Counted from the stretch's first letter, positions 13,423 through 24,609 are shown. The stretch: 64,000 bases of DNA from Bacillota bacterium (GCA_021803205.1 JAJZMB010000029.1:1765-65764), one strand, 5' to 3'. The notes: generated by a model from the sequence alone, not told the origin. Made by a program: numbers and translations.

Positions 13423-15723
13423 CTACAGGTCGGGCCCCGCGGCGCCGGGATCCTGCGGCAGGGGCAGGTGCAGCAGACTGCTCGCGGTACTCCCGACCAC
13501 CTGCTCTGCCAGCTGCTCCGGATACTCGATCCGGGCGTGATAGGCCCCAACCAGAATCCGGCGGAAGGTGATCGAGATCGCATTGACGTCTCGCAGCGTC
13601 AGGGCGGCGGCGTCCAGTTGCCCGTCCTGCAGGCGGTCGGCCACGATCTTACGAATCATCTCCTCGATCTGTTCGACCGTCGGCTGCTTGAGAGAGCGCA
13701 CCGCCGCCTCGATGCTGTCCGCCAGCATGAGAATGGCCGCCTCCCGCGTCTCAGGTAGGGGGCCCTCGTAACGGAAGTCCTGCTCCGATACGGCCGGCGC
13801 GGCATGGGATCCCCCCGTGGCCGCCCGGTCGGCCGCCGCCCGGGCGGCATGGTAGAAATAGCGCACAAGCGTTGTGCCATGGTGCGTGCGGATGAAGGTC
13901 ACCAGTTCCTCCGGCAGGCGCGCCCGGTGCGCCATCTCCACACCATCGCGCACATGGCTGGTGATCACCATGGCCGACAGTTGCGGCGAGAGCTTGTCGT
14001 GGGGGTTCTCACCACCCATCTGGTTCTCCACGAAGAAAGCCGGACGCTTCAGTTTGCCGATGTCGTGATAATAGGCAGCGGCCCGGACGAGCAGGGCATC
14101 CCCGCCCACAGCCTGGCACGCGGCCTCGCCGAGATTCGCCACCATGATGCTGTGATGGTAGGTGCCGGGGGCCTCCACCGACAGCCGGTGCAACAGGGGC
14201 TGGCGCGCGTCAGCCAGTTCCAGCAGGCGAAAGGGCGTCAGGACCCCGAGCGCCTCCGCCAAGGGCAGGGTGCCAATGGCCAGGACAGCGGAGAGGAGCC
14301 CGGTGGCAGCGGAGGCGATCACCTCCCGCAGCAGGGAGCCGGACAGCGACGTCTGGGGCAGCAGGGACGCGCCAAGTGATAGATTCTGCCCGAGGAGGGG
14401 ACCGACGACCAGCGCCGTCACCGCGGCCCCGACCACAGCAGAGTAAACGCCGGCTCGGATGAAATCGGTGCGCTGCACCAATCGCCGGAGGGTGAACACC
14501 GCCGTCCAGGCCCCGGCACAGGCAGACACCGCCACCGCCAGACTGCCGTTGAGCACGCCGACGGAGAGGGCGCCCACGCCCGCGATGAACAGGGCCACCC
14601 CCGGCCCGAAGGCGGCGGAACCCAGCATCGCCGCCCATGCCACCGGGGCCAGGAAGGGCGAGATCACCATGCCGAAGCGAGACGCCCCCAGCGTCAGCAC
14701 CAGCACCGCGCCGAACAGCACCAACTGCACCTCGTCGCGTAGGGGTCGAGGATGGAACTGCGTCAGGTAGGCCCAGCACAGGGCAGCCAGCAACACGGCC
14801 AGGACCAGGGCTCCCGCCACCAGACCGAATGCCCCACCCGGCCGCAGCAGCCCGGCGGTCTGTAGGTTGATGATCTGGTTCGCGGTGACCGGGTTGCCGG
14901 CCGTTACGATCACCTGACCCCGGGCGATCTTGATCGGCTGCACCGCGTTCGCCTGCAGTTTCTTCGCCGCGGCGGTCGCCGCGGGATCCTGTTCGCGGTT
15001 TGGCACCAACTCCTGGGCCGCCAGCGCCGCCAGCAGGGCGGTGACACTGGCGGGGGCATGCATCTGCCGTATCTGCGCGGCCAACCTCTGCCGGTCACGG
15101 GCAATGTCCTGCCGGAGCACGCCGGCCGAAAGCATGCTGTTCAGATCCTGGCCGGCCTGCTGCTCTGCGGTCTGCAGGGTGCCGGCGTCGGTCAGCAGCA
15201 CCGCCTGGTAGTCCGCCGCCGGCAGCAGGGTGGTCAGACCCAGGTTTTCGCGCAGCGTGGAGACCGCCAGGGCCAGCCGAACCGCCGTGGAGTCGACGGA
15301 GGACGAAGCCGCAGACGATGCGGAGGAGGAGGCCGCCGATGGCACCGCGCGACCCGGCGGGGATGCGGGCGCGGCGAGTTCCTGCCGCACTTGCGCGATC
15401 TCGGCCGCGGCGGCCAAAAAGGCGTGCATGGCAGTGCTGGTGATGCTGCCATCGGTGATGAACACGGGCTGCACACTGTTGGCGGCGGCCTGCCGGACGC
15501 GGTCAGTTGCCGGGATGTTCACGATGGTCCGGGGAGAATAGATTGTGCGAGGAGCGATCTCGTTCACCTTGAGGTGAACTTCCTGCGGCAGGCTGACCGA
15601 GGCGTAGATGGCCGTCGTCGCCGCCACCAGAAGCAGGGCCCACACAGCCCGGCGGACCCCGGCGGCGCGCGCGATCGCCGCTGGCCAGCGTCCGGAGCAA
15701 GACAGCCATTCCCCAATGCTCAT
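13423..15723 (-). CDS. pgpH: 7TM-HD membrane phosphodiesterase PgpH/YqfF (cyclic-di-AMP phosphodiesterase family)
   Basis: N-terminal extracellular region, a 7-TM block, then an HD domain (YHHSIMVANL...YYHDIGK...THHG). The start is set at ATG 15723 (MSIGEWLS..., preceding the first TM). The 109 upstream codons in the track look non-coding. Confidence 0.85.
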   Translation of the reverse strand: MSIGEWLSCSGRWPAAIARAAGVRRAVWALLLVAATTAIYASVSLPQEVHLKVNEIAPRTIYSPRTIVNIPATDRVRQAAANSVQPVFITDGSITSTAMHAFLAAAAEIAQVRQELAAPASPPGRAVPSAASSSASSAASSSVDSTAVRLALAVSTLRENLGLTTLLPAADYQAVLLTDAGTLQTAEQQAGQDLNSMLSAGVLRQDIARDRQRLAAQIRQMHAPASVTALLAALAAQELVPNREQDPAATAAAKKLQANAVQPIKIARGQVIVTAGNPVTANQIINLQTAGLLRPGGAFGLVAGALVLAVLLAALCWAYLTQFHPRPLRDEVQLVLFGAVLVLTLGASRFGMVISPFLAPVAWAAMLGSAAFGPGVALFIAGVGALSVGVLNGSLAVAVSACAGAWTAVFTLRRLVQRTDFIRAGVYSAVVGAAVTALVVGPLLGQNLSLGASLLPQTSLSGSLLREVIASAATGLLSAVLAIGTLPLAEALGVLTPFRLLELADARQPLLHRLSVEAPGTYHHSIMVANLGEAACQAVGGDALLVRAAAYYHDIGKLKRPAFFVENQMGGENPHDKLSPQLSAMVITSHVRDGVEMAHRARLPEELVTFIRTHHGTTLVRYFYHAARAAADRAATGGSHAAPAVSEQDFRYEGPLPETREAAILMLADSIEAAVRSLKQPTVEQIEEMIRKIVADRLQDGQLDAAALTLRDVNAISITFRRILVGAYHARIEYPEQLAEQVVGSTASSLLHLPLPQDPGAAGPDL

Positions 15724-16157
15724 CCTCCAACGGCGCCTCCCTCCACCCCGGGGTGTCGGCACGCATGACAGACACGGCCGCAACGGCGACTCCGGCGACC
15801 GTGCCCTGGCCCGCCCCATCTGCCGCGGCCGGACGGATGCTCCCTGCATCGAGGATCCTCTGTGCCTGAACGCGGGCGCCCGGATAGGCGGTCGGTCCGG
15901 CAAGATCGACGGCGGCAGAGGCCACCCGGCGGCTGCCGGGGCGGATGCCCGGCTCTGGTGCCGCCCGCCGCACCAGCACTGATCCGGAACGGCGCTCAGC
16001 GGTCCGAAGCGGCGGGGCAGAGCCAGACGGCCCCAGGCCCGCCCGCGCATGCCGCATCACAATGACAGGTGGCCCGGCGGGGAATCATGCACCACGCCCA
16101 ACCGTCCGGGTGGTGGATCCCCCGGCGGGACCGCAGCGGCGCCCGCGGAACGGCTGA

Positions 16158-17189
16158 CTACCGCCCCGCCTCCCGTGCGGGAACCCGCCCGGCATCGTGC
16201 CGCTCGTAGGCCTTGATGATCGCCTGCACCAAGGGGTGGCGCACCACGTCATCCTCATTCAGGTGAATGAACGCAATCCCGGGAACATCGGCCAGGACCG
16301 AGCGTACGTGGGTCAGGCCGGAGGAACGCTCGACGGGAAGGTCGACCTGCGTGACGTCGCCGGTCACCACCGCGCGGCTGCCGAAGCCGAGGCGGGTCAG
16401 AAACATCTTCATCTGCTCTGGGGTCGTGTTCTGCGCCTCATCAAGGATGACGAATGCGTCATCCAGGGTGCGCCCGCGCATATAGGCCAAGGGGGCGACC
16501 TCGATCGCGCCCCGCTGCATATGACGCTCGTAGGCCTCCACGCCCATGATGTCGTAAAGCGCGTCGTAAAGCGGACGCAGGTACGGGTCCACCTTTTCCT
16601 GGAGATCCCCCGGCAAGAAGCCCAACTTTTCCCCCGCCTCGACAGCCGGCCGGGTCAGGACGATCCGGTTGACCTCGCGGTTCTTGAAAGCGGCGATGGC
16701 CATGGCCATCGCCAGGTACGTCTTGCCCGTACCGGCCGGGCCGATGCAGAAGACCAGGGCCCCGTGGCGCATGGCCTCCACGTAGCGCTGCTGACCCAGC
16801 GTCTTGGCGCGGATGCTCCTGCCGCGCACCGTTACGCAGACCACGTCCTGCCAAAGGCCGTCGAGGCTGTCGCCCTCGCCCCGCCGTGTCACTTCGACCG
16901 CATACTGCACGTCGCGCGCACCGAGTTCGCGTCCGGTGCCGGCCAAGCGGAGGAGACGCTCCAGCAATGCGACCGTCCGCTCCGTGGCCTCCCGTTCCCC
17001 GGAAATCAGCAGTTCGTTCCCGCGCGCCAGGATGCGCACTCCCAAACCGTTTTCCAGGGCCCGCAGGTTCTCCTCCTGCTTGCCGTACAACTGAACCGCG
17101 CTATCGTTGTCCGGCACGGCGAACCGCCTGGGCTCGGCCTCTGCAACGGGCAATCGGCCACCCCACTTCCGTCCGGGCGGTAGGAGCAC
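16158..17189 (-). CDS. phoH: PhoH family ATPase
   Basis: GPAGTGKTYLAMAMA Walker A, LTRPAVEAGEKLGFLPGDLQEKVDPYLRPLYDAL and MRGRTLDDAFVILDEAQNTT. TTG 17153 is an alternative start. Confidence 0.9.
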   Translation of the reverse strand: MLLPPGRKWGGRLPVAEAEPRRFAVPDNDSAVQLYGKQEENLRALENGLGVRILARGNELLISGEREATERTVALLERLLRLAGTGRELGARDVQYAVEVTRRGEGDSLDGLWQDVVCVTVRGRSIRAKTLGQQRYVEAMRHGALVFCIGPAGTGKTYLAMAMAIAAFKNREVNRIVLTRPAVEAGEKLGFLPGDLQEKVDPYLRPLYDALYDIMGVEAYERHMQRGAIEVAPLAYMRGRTLDDAFVILDEAQNTTPEQMKMFLTRLGFGSRAVVTGDVTQVDLPVERSSGLTHVRSVLADVPGIAFIHLNEDDVVRHPLVQAIIKAYERHDAGRVPAREAGR

Positions 17190-17212
17190 GGCCGGAGACC
17201 TCAGCCGAAGCT

Positions 17213-18469
17213 TCAGCTCTCCCCTGCCGCACCGGGCGCCGGAGCAACCGGTGCGGCAGGGGCGGCCGGTCGGAACACGCCGATATTGTCCTCGCTTTCC
17301 ACCTGCAATTCAACGCCCGCGCGATTGCCCGGCAGGGAGAATACGCGCTGCCGCTCCTCGACGATGCGCGCCTGCGGCGGCAGGTGCGGAATCAGGAACA
17401 TGCGGACCTCGGCCGCCGCCATATCCCCGGCGGCTTCCAGCGACAGCCGCCGCAAGTGGTATGTCACTTCTGCATACCGTGTGGTCACCAGTTCGACGGG
17501 TAGGAGAATATTCCTCCATTGCATCGGTTTCGACACGTGCCGCCGCAGGGTGTAGGCACCGAAGGGGACGCCGCGGAAGCCTTGCAGGTTCACGCGGAAG
17601 CGGCCGATGAGCAGAGACCGGCGGACGTACACGCGGCCGGTGGGAACACCGATGGAGAGCACCCGAGACGCCTCCGCGTAGGCGGAATACCAGCGCCGCG
17701 CGATCACGACGCCGGCGGCATGGACGGGCAACTCTCGAACCGACGCCCCCCCCAGCCGCGAAACCGGCATGGGCACCACACCCCGGATCAACACCTGCCC
17801 CGCATGAACGGTGGCGCCGGGCGATACGACCGCCCGTCCCACGCTTACGGTCATACCCGTGACGATGCCGGCGTGGGCGGCCACTATGTCGCCCGGCACC
17901 GTGGCCTGTTCATACGCCGGGCGCGGCCGGTGCCGCTCGACCACCTGGATGGTGGCCAGTGTGCCGTGCAGCGTGACCCCGGCCCAAGTGAGGTCGGGAA
18001 CCGCCACCGGCAGACGCGACGCGATCGCAGCAGCGTCGATGGCGGCACGCCGTACACCGGGACGGAGACCGAGCGCCGCCGCCTCATGCAGGATCTCTGC
18101 GGGATCGACGCCGTCGGTCCCCCGTACCTGCACAAACCAGATGGAGCCGGAGAGGACATACAGGACCGCGCCGGCAAGTACCGCCGCGCCCACCAGGAAC
18201 GGTCGTCGCCGCACACGGCCGAGCAGGAACGGGGCCCCCAGGCGGCGCGCGATCCGCACACGGGCGCGGCTGCGAAAGACGACCTTGCGGATGCGACGAA
18301 AATCACGCAGGAGTATCCGCAGGCGCAGGTCCTGCGGTGGGCCGCCGGCACGGCGAAAGCCGATTCCGGCACTCAGCAGGCCCGTCAGGAAGCCGGCGGC
18401 GTCCCGGACGGATGCCTGGAGCTCCAGTTCACCCCGTAACCAGCGCCCCAGGGATAAGGGCCATGGCAC
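17213..18469 (-). CDS. yqfD: Sporulation protein YqfD
   Basis: Position after yqfC, with RWLRGELELQ matching the B. subtilis YqfD N-terminus (FFSGKVQLEL), a central TM and a long C-terminal domain. I prefer GTG 18469 (GGGGAGG 8 nt upstream); the track start is 18517. Confidence 0.8.
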   Translation of the reverse strand: MPWPLSLGRWLRGELELQASVRDAAGFLTGLLSAGIGFRRAGGPPQDLRLRILLRDFRRIRKVVFRSRARVRIARRLGAPFLLGRVRRRPFLVGAAVLAGAVLYVLSGSIWFVQVRGTDGVDPAEILHEAAALGLRPGVRRAAIDAAAIASRLPVAVPDLTWAGVTLHGTLATIQVVERHRPRPAYEQATVPGDIVAAHAGIVTGMTVSVGRAVVSPGATVHAGQVLIRGVVPMPVSRLGGASVRELPVHAAGVVIARRWYSAYAEASRVLSIGVPTGRVYVRRSLLIGRFRVNLQGFRGVPFGAYTLRRHVSKPMQWRNILLPVELVTTRYAEVTYHLRRLSLEAAGDMAAAEVRMFLIPHLPPQARIVEERQRVFSLPGNRAGVELQVESEDNIGVFRPAAPAAPVAPAPGAAGES

Positions 18470-18518
18470 GCCTCCCGCCTCCCCGGCCTTTTTGCCCCGG
18501 ACCCCAGACAAAGCCACA

Positions 18519-18803
18519 TCAGGGTCCCGCGCCGGGTCGCTCGAAGCGCACCTCTGTCAACAGGCCGGTGACGGTGATCTCTCCATCGCGCACGACGCCG
18601 AGCCGGAGGTCGCGCCCGAGCACCACCAACAGCCCGTCGCGGGTGCCGATGGCCACGCGCTCCGGAAGGAACTCCAACAGACCGCGGTGATTCTCCACAG
18701 TGAGCTGCAACTGGCCGAGCAAGGTGATCCGCGGTAGATCAAAGACGATCTCCCCGGGGAGGTCCAGCCCTTCGATCAGCGCCCCGCGCAGTCGCGCGTT
18801 CAA
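18519..18803 (-). CDS. yqfC: Sporulation protein YqfC
   Basis: LDLPGEIVFDLPRITLLGQLQLTVENHRGLLEF is the YqfC signature. Only the last 94 codons of track ORF 18519..19283 are plausible. TTG 18803 is proposed as the start, with a weak RBS. Confidence 0.7.
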   Translation of the reverse strand: MNARLRGALIEGLDLPGEIVFDLPRITLLGQLQLTVENHRGLLEFLPERVAIGTRDGLLVVLGRDLRLGVVRDGEITVTGLLTEVRFERPGAGP

Positions 18804-19122
18804 ACCCGCTGGAACCGGGGCACCGCCGCCCGTCCCGCCCGGCCCGATGGCGTGCCTCCGCCCCCCGACCGGCTGCGGCAAGCACCTCGGCCTCCCTTCG
18901 GGCGAGTCTATGTGCACCGCTCCGCCGGCTAGAAGCGGGCGCGCGCCGCGCCGTTCCGCGACGAGGAGATCGGCTCGCGGCGGGCGGGCCCGACGGCGCG
19001 GCGCACCACCCCATGGCGTCCTCTGCGGATCTGTGCGCGGCCTGCATGCCGGCCACACTCCGCTGGGCACTCTGGATCCGGGCCCCCCAGACAAGGGGCG
19101 GCTCTGGGAGGTCATCCAGGAA

Positions 19123-19377
19123 ATGGCCAATGTGGTCAATGTCATCGAACTGGTCGCCGACGCCGAGACCGGCTGGGTAGACGCAGTGCAAAACGCCGTA
19201 CGTGAGGCCGCCCACACAGTCCGGCACATCACCGGCGTCGAGGTGACCAATCTCACGGCGACAGTCGAAGACGGGCGGATCAAGAGCTACCGCGCCAACG
19301 TCAGTCTGGCCTTCAGCGTCGAATCCGAGGACCAGCGGGCTCAGGCACGGCCAGCGGCGCAGCAGGCGCGCATGTAA
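19123..19377 (+). CDS. Dodecin family flavin-binding protein
   Basis: MANVVNVIELVADAETGWVDAVQNAVREAAHTVRHITGVEVTNLTATVEDGRIKSYRANVSLAFSVE fits the dodecin pattern. GGGAGG lies upstream of ATG 19123. The earlier part of track ORF 18700..19377 is not coding. Confidence 0.75.
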   Translation: MANVVNVIELVADAETGWVDAVQNAVREAAHTVRHITGVEVTNLTATVEDGRIKSYRANVSLAFSVESEDQRAQARPAAQQARM

Positions 19378-19461
19378 TCGGGGCGCGACCGTGCGCGTTG
19401 CACAGGCCCGCATCGCGCGCCAGGTGGTCGGAAGCAGCAGGGCGCGCGGGGGCGCTTATGA

Positions 19462-19480
19462 GCCGCAACGACGTTGCGGC
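19462..19480 (+). terminator. Possible terminator hairpin downstream of the dodecin gene
   Basis: GCCGCAAC-gac-GTTGCGGC, a perfect 8-bp stem with no U-tract. Confidence 0.3.
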
Positions 19481-19794
19481 CAAAGACACGCTCCCCCCCG
19501 GCCTCTGCCACGTTCGGCCAGCCGTTGCTCACCTGGGCACCGCCCACTCGGCCCAGGGCTCTCGGTCTGGTGTCCGACGCTCCTCCGGGCTCTGGCATGA
19601 TCCGAGAGTCGCTGCGCGTCAGCCCGGCCGCCCGGTGACCGAAGTGAGCATTCCCGTTGGCGAGACCACACCCCTCAAGACCCCTGCGCCGGCGCCGCGG
19701 CCCGTCGCAGCCTTCGGCGCTCTGTCAGATGTTCGCGTGCCTTGGCCCCCAGGCGCCGTGGCCGCCGCGCCGCCATCCGGAATTCTCCGGCGGG

Positions 19795-20136
19795 TCAGCC
19801 CGGCGGCCAGGTCATGCCCCGTCCACCCAGCAGATGCAGGTGCAGGTGACCGACCGTCTGCCCGCCGTCGGCGCCGCTATTGACGACGACGCGATACCCC
19901 GCAGACAGACCAAGCCGGACGGCCAGTGTGCGACAGACAGCGAGTAGGCGACCCAAGGTCGCCTCCGCGTCGGCTGGCACCGCATCAAGCCCGGACCAGT
20001 GCGTACGCGGGATCACCAGCACGTGCACCGGCGCCTGCGGGTTGAGGTCACGGAATGCGAGCAGGTCGGCATCTTGGTGGATGACATCCGCCGGCAGTTC
20101 CCCGGCTGCGATCTTACAAAAGATGCAATCAGCCAC
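19795..20136 (-). CDS. HIT family (histidine triad) nucleotide-binding protein
   Basis: MADCIFCKIAAGELPADVIHQD...HLHLHLLGG histidine-triad motif. 113 aa. Confidence 0.9.
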   Translation of the reverse strand: MADCIFCKIAAGELPADVIHQDADLLAFRDLNPQAPVHVLVIPRTHWSGLDAVPADAEATLGRLLAVCRTLAVRLGLSAGYRVVVNSGADGGQTVGHLHLHLLGGRGMTWPPG

Positions 20137-20224
20137 GGATTGTCCCCCTTATTCCCGACGCGAGCGGGAAGCAGCCGCGGACCCGAGCGTGAGGTGGCTG
20201 CGCAGGGCGGACCGGCACGGCGCC

Positions 20225-21343
20225 TCACCGGCCACCCCGTTCAAGCGCCAGGTCGATCAGGCGGCTCAGCAGGCAACGATACGAGACGCCGCTCGCCTCC
20301 CACAGGCGGGGATACATCGAGGTGGCGGTGAAGCCCGGGATGGTATTCACCTCGTTGACCAGAACACGGTGCGAACCCCTCTCCACAAAGAAGTCTACCC
20401 GCGCCATCCCGGCACAGTCGAGCACCCGGAACGCCGCCAAGGCCATCGAGCGCACCTCGGCGGCGACCTCCGCTGGAAGTTCCGCCGGCACGACAAGATC
20501 CGCGCCGCGTTCGCCATATTTGGCCTTGTAGTCGTAGAACTCCCGCCGTGGCAGAACCTCGCCCAGCACCGAGGCCTCCGGGCGTTCGTTGCCCAAAATA
20601 CCGCATTCAATCTCACGGCAGTTGGCCACGGCGCGCTCACAGATGAGGCGCCGGTCGAGCGCCGCCGCCGCTGCCAGCCCCTCGACCAGGTCTTGGTCGG
20701 TGGACGCCTTGGTGACGCCGACACTGCTGCCCAGATTCGCAGGCTTGACGAAACAGGGAAGCCCCAGGCGCGCGGCGACTGCGGTGGCGGTCCCCGCCGG
20801 GTCCTGCTGCCACTGGTGACGGAGCACAGCAACGTAATCGGTGACGGGTAGGCCATGCCGGGTGAGCAAATCCTTCTGGGTGATCTTGTCCATGCCGAGC
20901 GCCGACCCGAGCACTCCGGCGCCGACGTACGGCAAGCCGCACAATTCGAGGAACCCCTGCAGTGTGCCGTCCTCACCGTTGGGTCCGTGCAGGACCGGGA
21001 AGACGACGTCGAGACGGGAAAGCAGTGCCGGTGTGGCGGCGCCGTTCCCCGTCGGCACAAGGCGGCGCTCGGCGCCGGGGACCACGGCCAAAGAGACGCC
21101 GGGCGCCGTCTCAGGTTCCCCCCGCAGCGCGCGCGCTGCGTCCTGTGGCAGTAGCCAGCGGCCCTCCCGCGTTATGCAGAAGGGCACCGCCTCGAAGCGC
21201 TGCGGATCCAGGGCCGCCAGCACCGACTGCGCGGACAGCAGCGAAACATCGTGCTCACCGGAGCGCCCACCGAAGATCACACCCACCCTGATCTTGCCCG
21301 TCGTCCAGTCGCCCCCGTTCCCCGTGGGCAGATGCCCCCGCAC
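20225..21343 (-). CDS. ddl: D-alanine--D-alanine ligase
   Basis: [50 protein letters not shown] and [10 protein letters not shown]. Confidence 0.9.
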   Translation of the reverse strand: MRGHLPTGNGGDWTTGKIRVGVIFGGRSGEHDVSLLSAQSVLAALDPQRFEAVPFCITREGRWLLPQDAARALRGEPETAPGVSLAVVPGAERRLVPTGNGAATPALLSRLDVVFPVLHGPNGEDGTLQGFLELCGLPYVGAGVLGSALGMDKITQKDLLTRHGLPVTDYVAVLRHQWQQDPAGTATAVAARLGLPCFVKPANLGSSVGVTKASTDQDLVEGLAAAAALDRRLICERAVANCREIECGILGNERPEASVLGEVLPRREFYDYKAKYGERGADLVVPAELPAEVAAEVRSMALAAFRVLDCAGMARVDFFVERGSHRVLVNEVNTIPGFTATSMYPRLWEASGVSYRCLLSRLIDLALERGGR

Positions 21344-21430
21344 GGCGACAGGGCCGGCGGCCGCTCGCCGGCCGGCACCGTCTCGCGTTCAGCCACTCTA
21401 TGCGCCGCGATCGCGCCCTGCGGCCCGGCC

Positions 21431-22198
21431 TCACCCGCCGGCCGGCTGTCCCAATGCGCCGCAACCGGCCAGCACAAGGGTCAGAGCGGCGATAGCCGCC
21501 GTCTCCACCCGCAGGATGCGGGAACCGAGGGAGAGCAGCCGGGCTCCGGCGGATACGGCGGCATCCACCTCCCGCGGCGTGAAACCGCCTTCCGGACCGA
21601 CGGCCACCAGCACGGCACGCGGCGGCGACCACGTCGGCGCGGGTTGGTCGCCCGCCACCGCAGTCAGCAATTCCCTCAACGGACGGGCTTCACCCCCAGG
21701 GTGCGCGACGAGGCACGGTCCAGTGAAGTCCCGCAGGGACGAGACGAGGTCGGACGGCGGCAGGACGGGGGGAATGCAGCGCCGTCCGGATTGTTCCGCC
21801 GCTGCCTGCGCCAGGCGCTCCCAGCGGGCAACCCGACCCGGATGCACCTGCCCACCCAGGGGCGAGCGCTCTGTGTGCAGGGGGACCAGGGAAGCGGCCC
21901 CCAGTTCAACAGCCTTCTCGACCAACCAATCCATGCGCTCGCCGCGCGGCACGGCCACGGCCAGCGTCATGCGGGTGTCCGGTTCTGGCCACGGCTCTGG
22001 GGATCGGCCCAGAACACGGGCCCGACCCGACCCCATCCACGCCAGGGCCCAGGTCGTTCCATCCGGCGCCACGCCCAGCACCGGCATGCCGGGGGTGAGG
22101 CGCAACACATTCCCGAGATGGTGAGCCGCCGCGCCGGGCAGGGTGATCACCTCCCCGGAAGCCACGGCGCCGTTGAGAAAAACCCGAGGCAGCCTCAT
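21431..22198 (-). CDS. rsmE: 16S rRNA (uracil1498-N3)-methyltransferase RsmE
   Basis: [10 protein letters not shown]...[11 protein letters not shown]...C-terminal [19 protein letters not shown] 22198 overlaps the prmA stop (ATGA). The upstream 180 track codons are an artefact. Confidence 0.85.
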   Translation of the reverse strand: MRLPRVFLNGAVASGEVITLPGAAAHHLGNVLRLTPGMPVLGVAPDGTTWALAWMGSGRARVLGRSPEPWPEPDTRMTLAVAVPRGERMDWLVEKAVELGAASLVPLHTERSPLGGQVHPGRVARWERLAQAAAEQSGRRCIPPVLPPSDLVSSLRDFTGPCLVAHPGGEARPLRELLTAVAGDQPAPTWSPPRAVLVAVGPEGGFTPREVDAAVSAGARLLSLGSRILRVETAAIAALTLVLAGCGALGQPAGG

Positions 22199-23067
22199 CT
22201 CTGGCGCGCCCAGACAGCAATCCAGTCGTCCAGGCGCACCTCGCGGCTCGGGCGCAATCCCGCCAGTTGGAGGGCGCTCTGCACCGCCGGCACCCCCGGT
22301 CCGACCATTCCCGAGGCGACGAGCGTCCCGCCGGGCAGGAGTGCCCGGCCGAGATCGGGCGCGACTTCGGCGAGGATGTCCGCCGTCAGGTTGGCGACAC
22401 AAAGCTGAACAGGCGCAAGCCCAGTGGTCAGCAGGTCGCGCACCTCCGCGTAGTGCACATGGACCCGGTCCTCCACGCCATTGACCACAACATTCTGACG
22501 GGCGATGCGCACCGCCAGGGGATCGATATCCAGCGCGGTCACGGCACCCGCGCCGAGCATCGCCGCCGCCACGGCAAGGATGCCGGATCCGGTGCCGACG
22601 TCGAGCACCGTACACCCCGGACGGATCAGTTCCTCCAGCGCACGCAGGCAGAGAACCGTCGAGGCATGGGTGCCGGTACCGAAAGCCATTCCGGGATCCA
22701 GACGCAGGACCAACTCGCCCGAACGCGGCTGCACCGCCTCCCATGTCGGCGCCACCAGAAGGCGCCGGCCGATGCGCATCGGGTGAAAGTGCTCCCGCCA
22801 GGCGTTTGCCCAGTCCTCATCAGCGACGAAGCGCTCGGTCTGGCGCAACTCGCTCATGCCCGGGAAAAAAGCTACGAGGTCCTCCAACTCCTGCCGCAAC
22901 GCGGCGAGCCTCCGGCTGAGCCGCTCGTCCCGGGGCAGATAGGCGCGGACCTCGCCCCGGGATTCATCGTCGATGACGACCCCGCCCGTACCCGCCTTGT
23001 GGAGGAGATGGGTGACGGCCTCCAGCGCATCCGGAGGGACCACGAGGCAGATCTCGCAGTATTCCAT
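22195..23067 (-). CDS. prmA: Ribosomal protein L11 methyltransferase
   Basis: MEYCEICLVVPPDALEAV...DWANAWREHFHP...VLDVGTGSGILAVAAAMLGA...DIDPLAV. ATG 23067. Confidence 0.85.
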   Translation of the reverse strand: MEYCEICLVVPPDALEAVTHLLHKAGTGGVVIDDESRGEVRAYLPRDERLSRRLAALRQELEDLVAFFPGMSELRQTERFVADEDWANAWREHFHPMRIGRRLLVAPTWEAVQPRSGELVLRLDPGMAFGTGTHASTVLCLRALEELIRPGCTVLDVGTGSGILAVAAAMLGAGAVTALDIDPLAVRIARQNVVVNGVEDRVHVHYAEVRDLLTTGLAPVQLCVANLTADILAEVAPDLGRALLPGGTLVASGMVGPGVPAVQSALQLAGLRPSREVRLDDWIAVWARQR

Positions 23068-23251
23068 GTCACTCAGGGGTTCCTTTCGGCCGGGAGAGAG
23101 GGGCACAGCCGGCCAGTCACCCTCTCCCCCTCGGCGTGCCGGGAGGCCCGCGCAGTTCGGGACCTTGCTGCAGGACCGTCGCGGGGGCGGCGGCAGCGGT
23201 GGAACCAGCACCGGTCCGGACCGGGGCAGAGAATTGCCGCGCTGCACTCGC

Positions 23252-24388
23252 CTACCGCCCGAGCACCCGGCGGAAAGGACCAGGCGCGGCCCCGGCCACC
23301 CGCTCCCCCCGGGCCTCCGCGTATTTGTGCAGGGCGTGTCGTTCGGCTGGCGCCAACTGGCGTGGCACCTCGACCCGGATGACGACGCGGTGGTCACCGC
23401 GCGCGCGACCGCCGACGGCGACGATCCCCTTGCCGCGCAGGCGGAGCACTTCGCCGGATTGGGTACCTTCCGGTACGCGCAGGGGGACCTTGCCCTCGAT
23501 GGTCTCGATCTCCAATTCCGTCCCGAGCGCCGCCTGAGCCAGACCGACCACCGCATCGCTCACCACGTCCTGCCCCTCGCGACGAAAGCGGGGATGGGCC
23601 GCGACGGCCACATCGACATACAGATCACCCGCCGGCCCACCGTGCTCGCCGGCCTCCCCCTCACCCGTCAGGCGTAGCCGCTGGCCGTCCTCGATCCCCG
23701 CCGGCACATGCACCGAGAGCGTCCGCCGCCGCCGCACCCGTCCATGCCCCTGGCACTCGGCGCACGGCTTCTCCAAGACCGTACCCCGCCCGCCACAGGT
23801 CGCGCAGGGCTGCACACTCACGAATTGCCCGAACGGCGTGGCCCGCCCCACCCGCACCTGGCCGGAACCGGCGCACGCGGAGCAGGCCTTCGGTCGGCTG
23901 CCCGGTGCCGCTCCAGTCCCTGAGCACACCGCGCACGCTTCCGTCCGGGGAACCGTGATCTCCTTGGTAGTCCCGAATGCCGCCTGCTCAAAGGTCACCT
24001 GCACCGCCACGCGCAGATCGGCGCCCCGGGCGGGACCACTGCGGCGCCGGCCGGTCCGCCCCCCAAAGAAGGCCTCACCGAGCACGCTTTCGAACAGGTC
24101 CTCGAACCCCATCCCTCCGAAACCCTGGGAGAACCCGCCCGGCGCCCCGCCGCTTTCCGCCTGGGTGAAGGCGGCATGCCCCAACTGATCGTATTTCGCC
24201 CGCTTCTCCGCATCACTCAGCACCGAATAGGCCAAGCCGATCTCCTTGAACTTCTCAGCGGCCTGCGGATCACCGGGGTTCGCATCGGGATGGTACTTAC
24301 GCGCCAACTGGCGGAAGGCACGCTTGATCTCCGCCTCGTTCGCGTCGCGACCGACGCCGAGCACCTCATAGAAATTACCGGTGGGCAC
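23252..24388 (-). CDS. dnaJ: Molecular chaperone DnaJ
   Basis: J-domain (FYEVLGV...[10 protein letters not shown]), G/F region and four CxxCxGxG zinc motifs. GGGGGGAGGG RBS. Confidence 0.95.
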   Translation of the reverse strand: MPTGNFYEVLGVGRDANEAEIKRAFRQLARKYHPDANPGDPQAAEKFKEIGLAYSVLSDAEKRAKYDQLGHAAFTQAESGGAPGGFSQGFGGMGFEDLFESVLGEAFFGGRTGRRRSGPARGADLRVAVQVTFEQAAFGTTKEITVPRTEACAVCSGTGAAPGSRPKACSACAGSGQVRVGRATPFGQFVSVQPCATCGGRGTVLEKPCAECQGHGRVRRRRTLSVHVPAGIEDGQRLRLTGEGEAGEHGGPAGDLYVDVAVAAHPRFRREGQDVVSDAVVGLAQAALGTELEIETIEGKVPLRVPEGTQSGEVLRLRGKGIVAVGGRARGDHRVVIRVEVPRQLAPAERHALHKYAEARGERVAGAAPGPFRRVLGR

Positions 24389-24519
24389 GCGCCCGCCCTC
24401 CCCCCATCCGCACCCGGCGGCACCAGGTACGACACCACCTTACACCGCGGTCGTAGTCGCGGAACCACCCGGCGGACACCGGCGCGCGCGGGCCAGGCGG
24501 CGCGACCCACAACGACACT

Positions 24520-24609
24520 GCAAGAGTCGGTCCTCGCGTCTGACCGGAGCCAACGAGCATGGGGGACAAGAGGCATCGGACCGTTGCCCCTGCAACAACG
24601 GCGTGTTGC
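24520..24609 (+). repeat. Intergenic repeat, copy U5 (90 nt) in the dnaK-dnaJ spacer
   Basis: GCAAGAGTCGGTCCTCGCG...CATGGGGGACAAGAGGCATCGGACC...GCAACAACGGCGTGTTGC aligns along its whole length with U1. Confidence 0.75.

Noticed and set aside
19675-19776. 33-codon ORF (MAARRPRRLGAKAREHLTERRRLRRAAAPAQGS) with GGAGA 7 nt upstream of its ATG, just after the HIT gene, where hinT-rpsU synteny might suggest a ribosomal protein.
   Set aside because: It does not resemble S21. Arg/Ala-rich peptides arise readily from GC-rich non-coding DNA, and I have no conservation evidence. Left uncalled.
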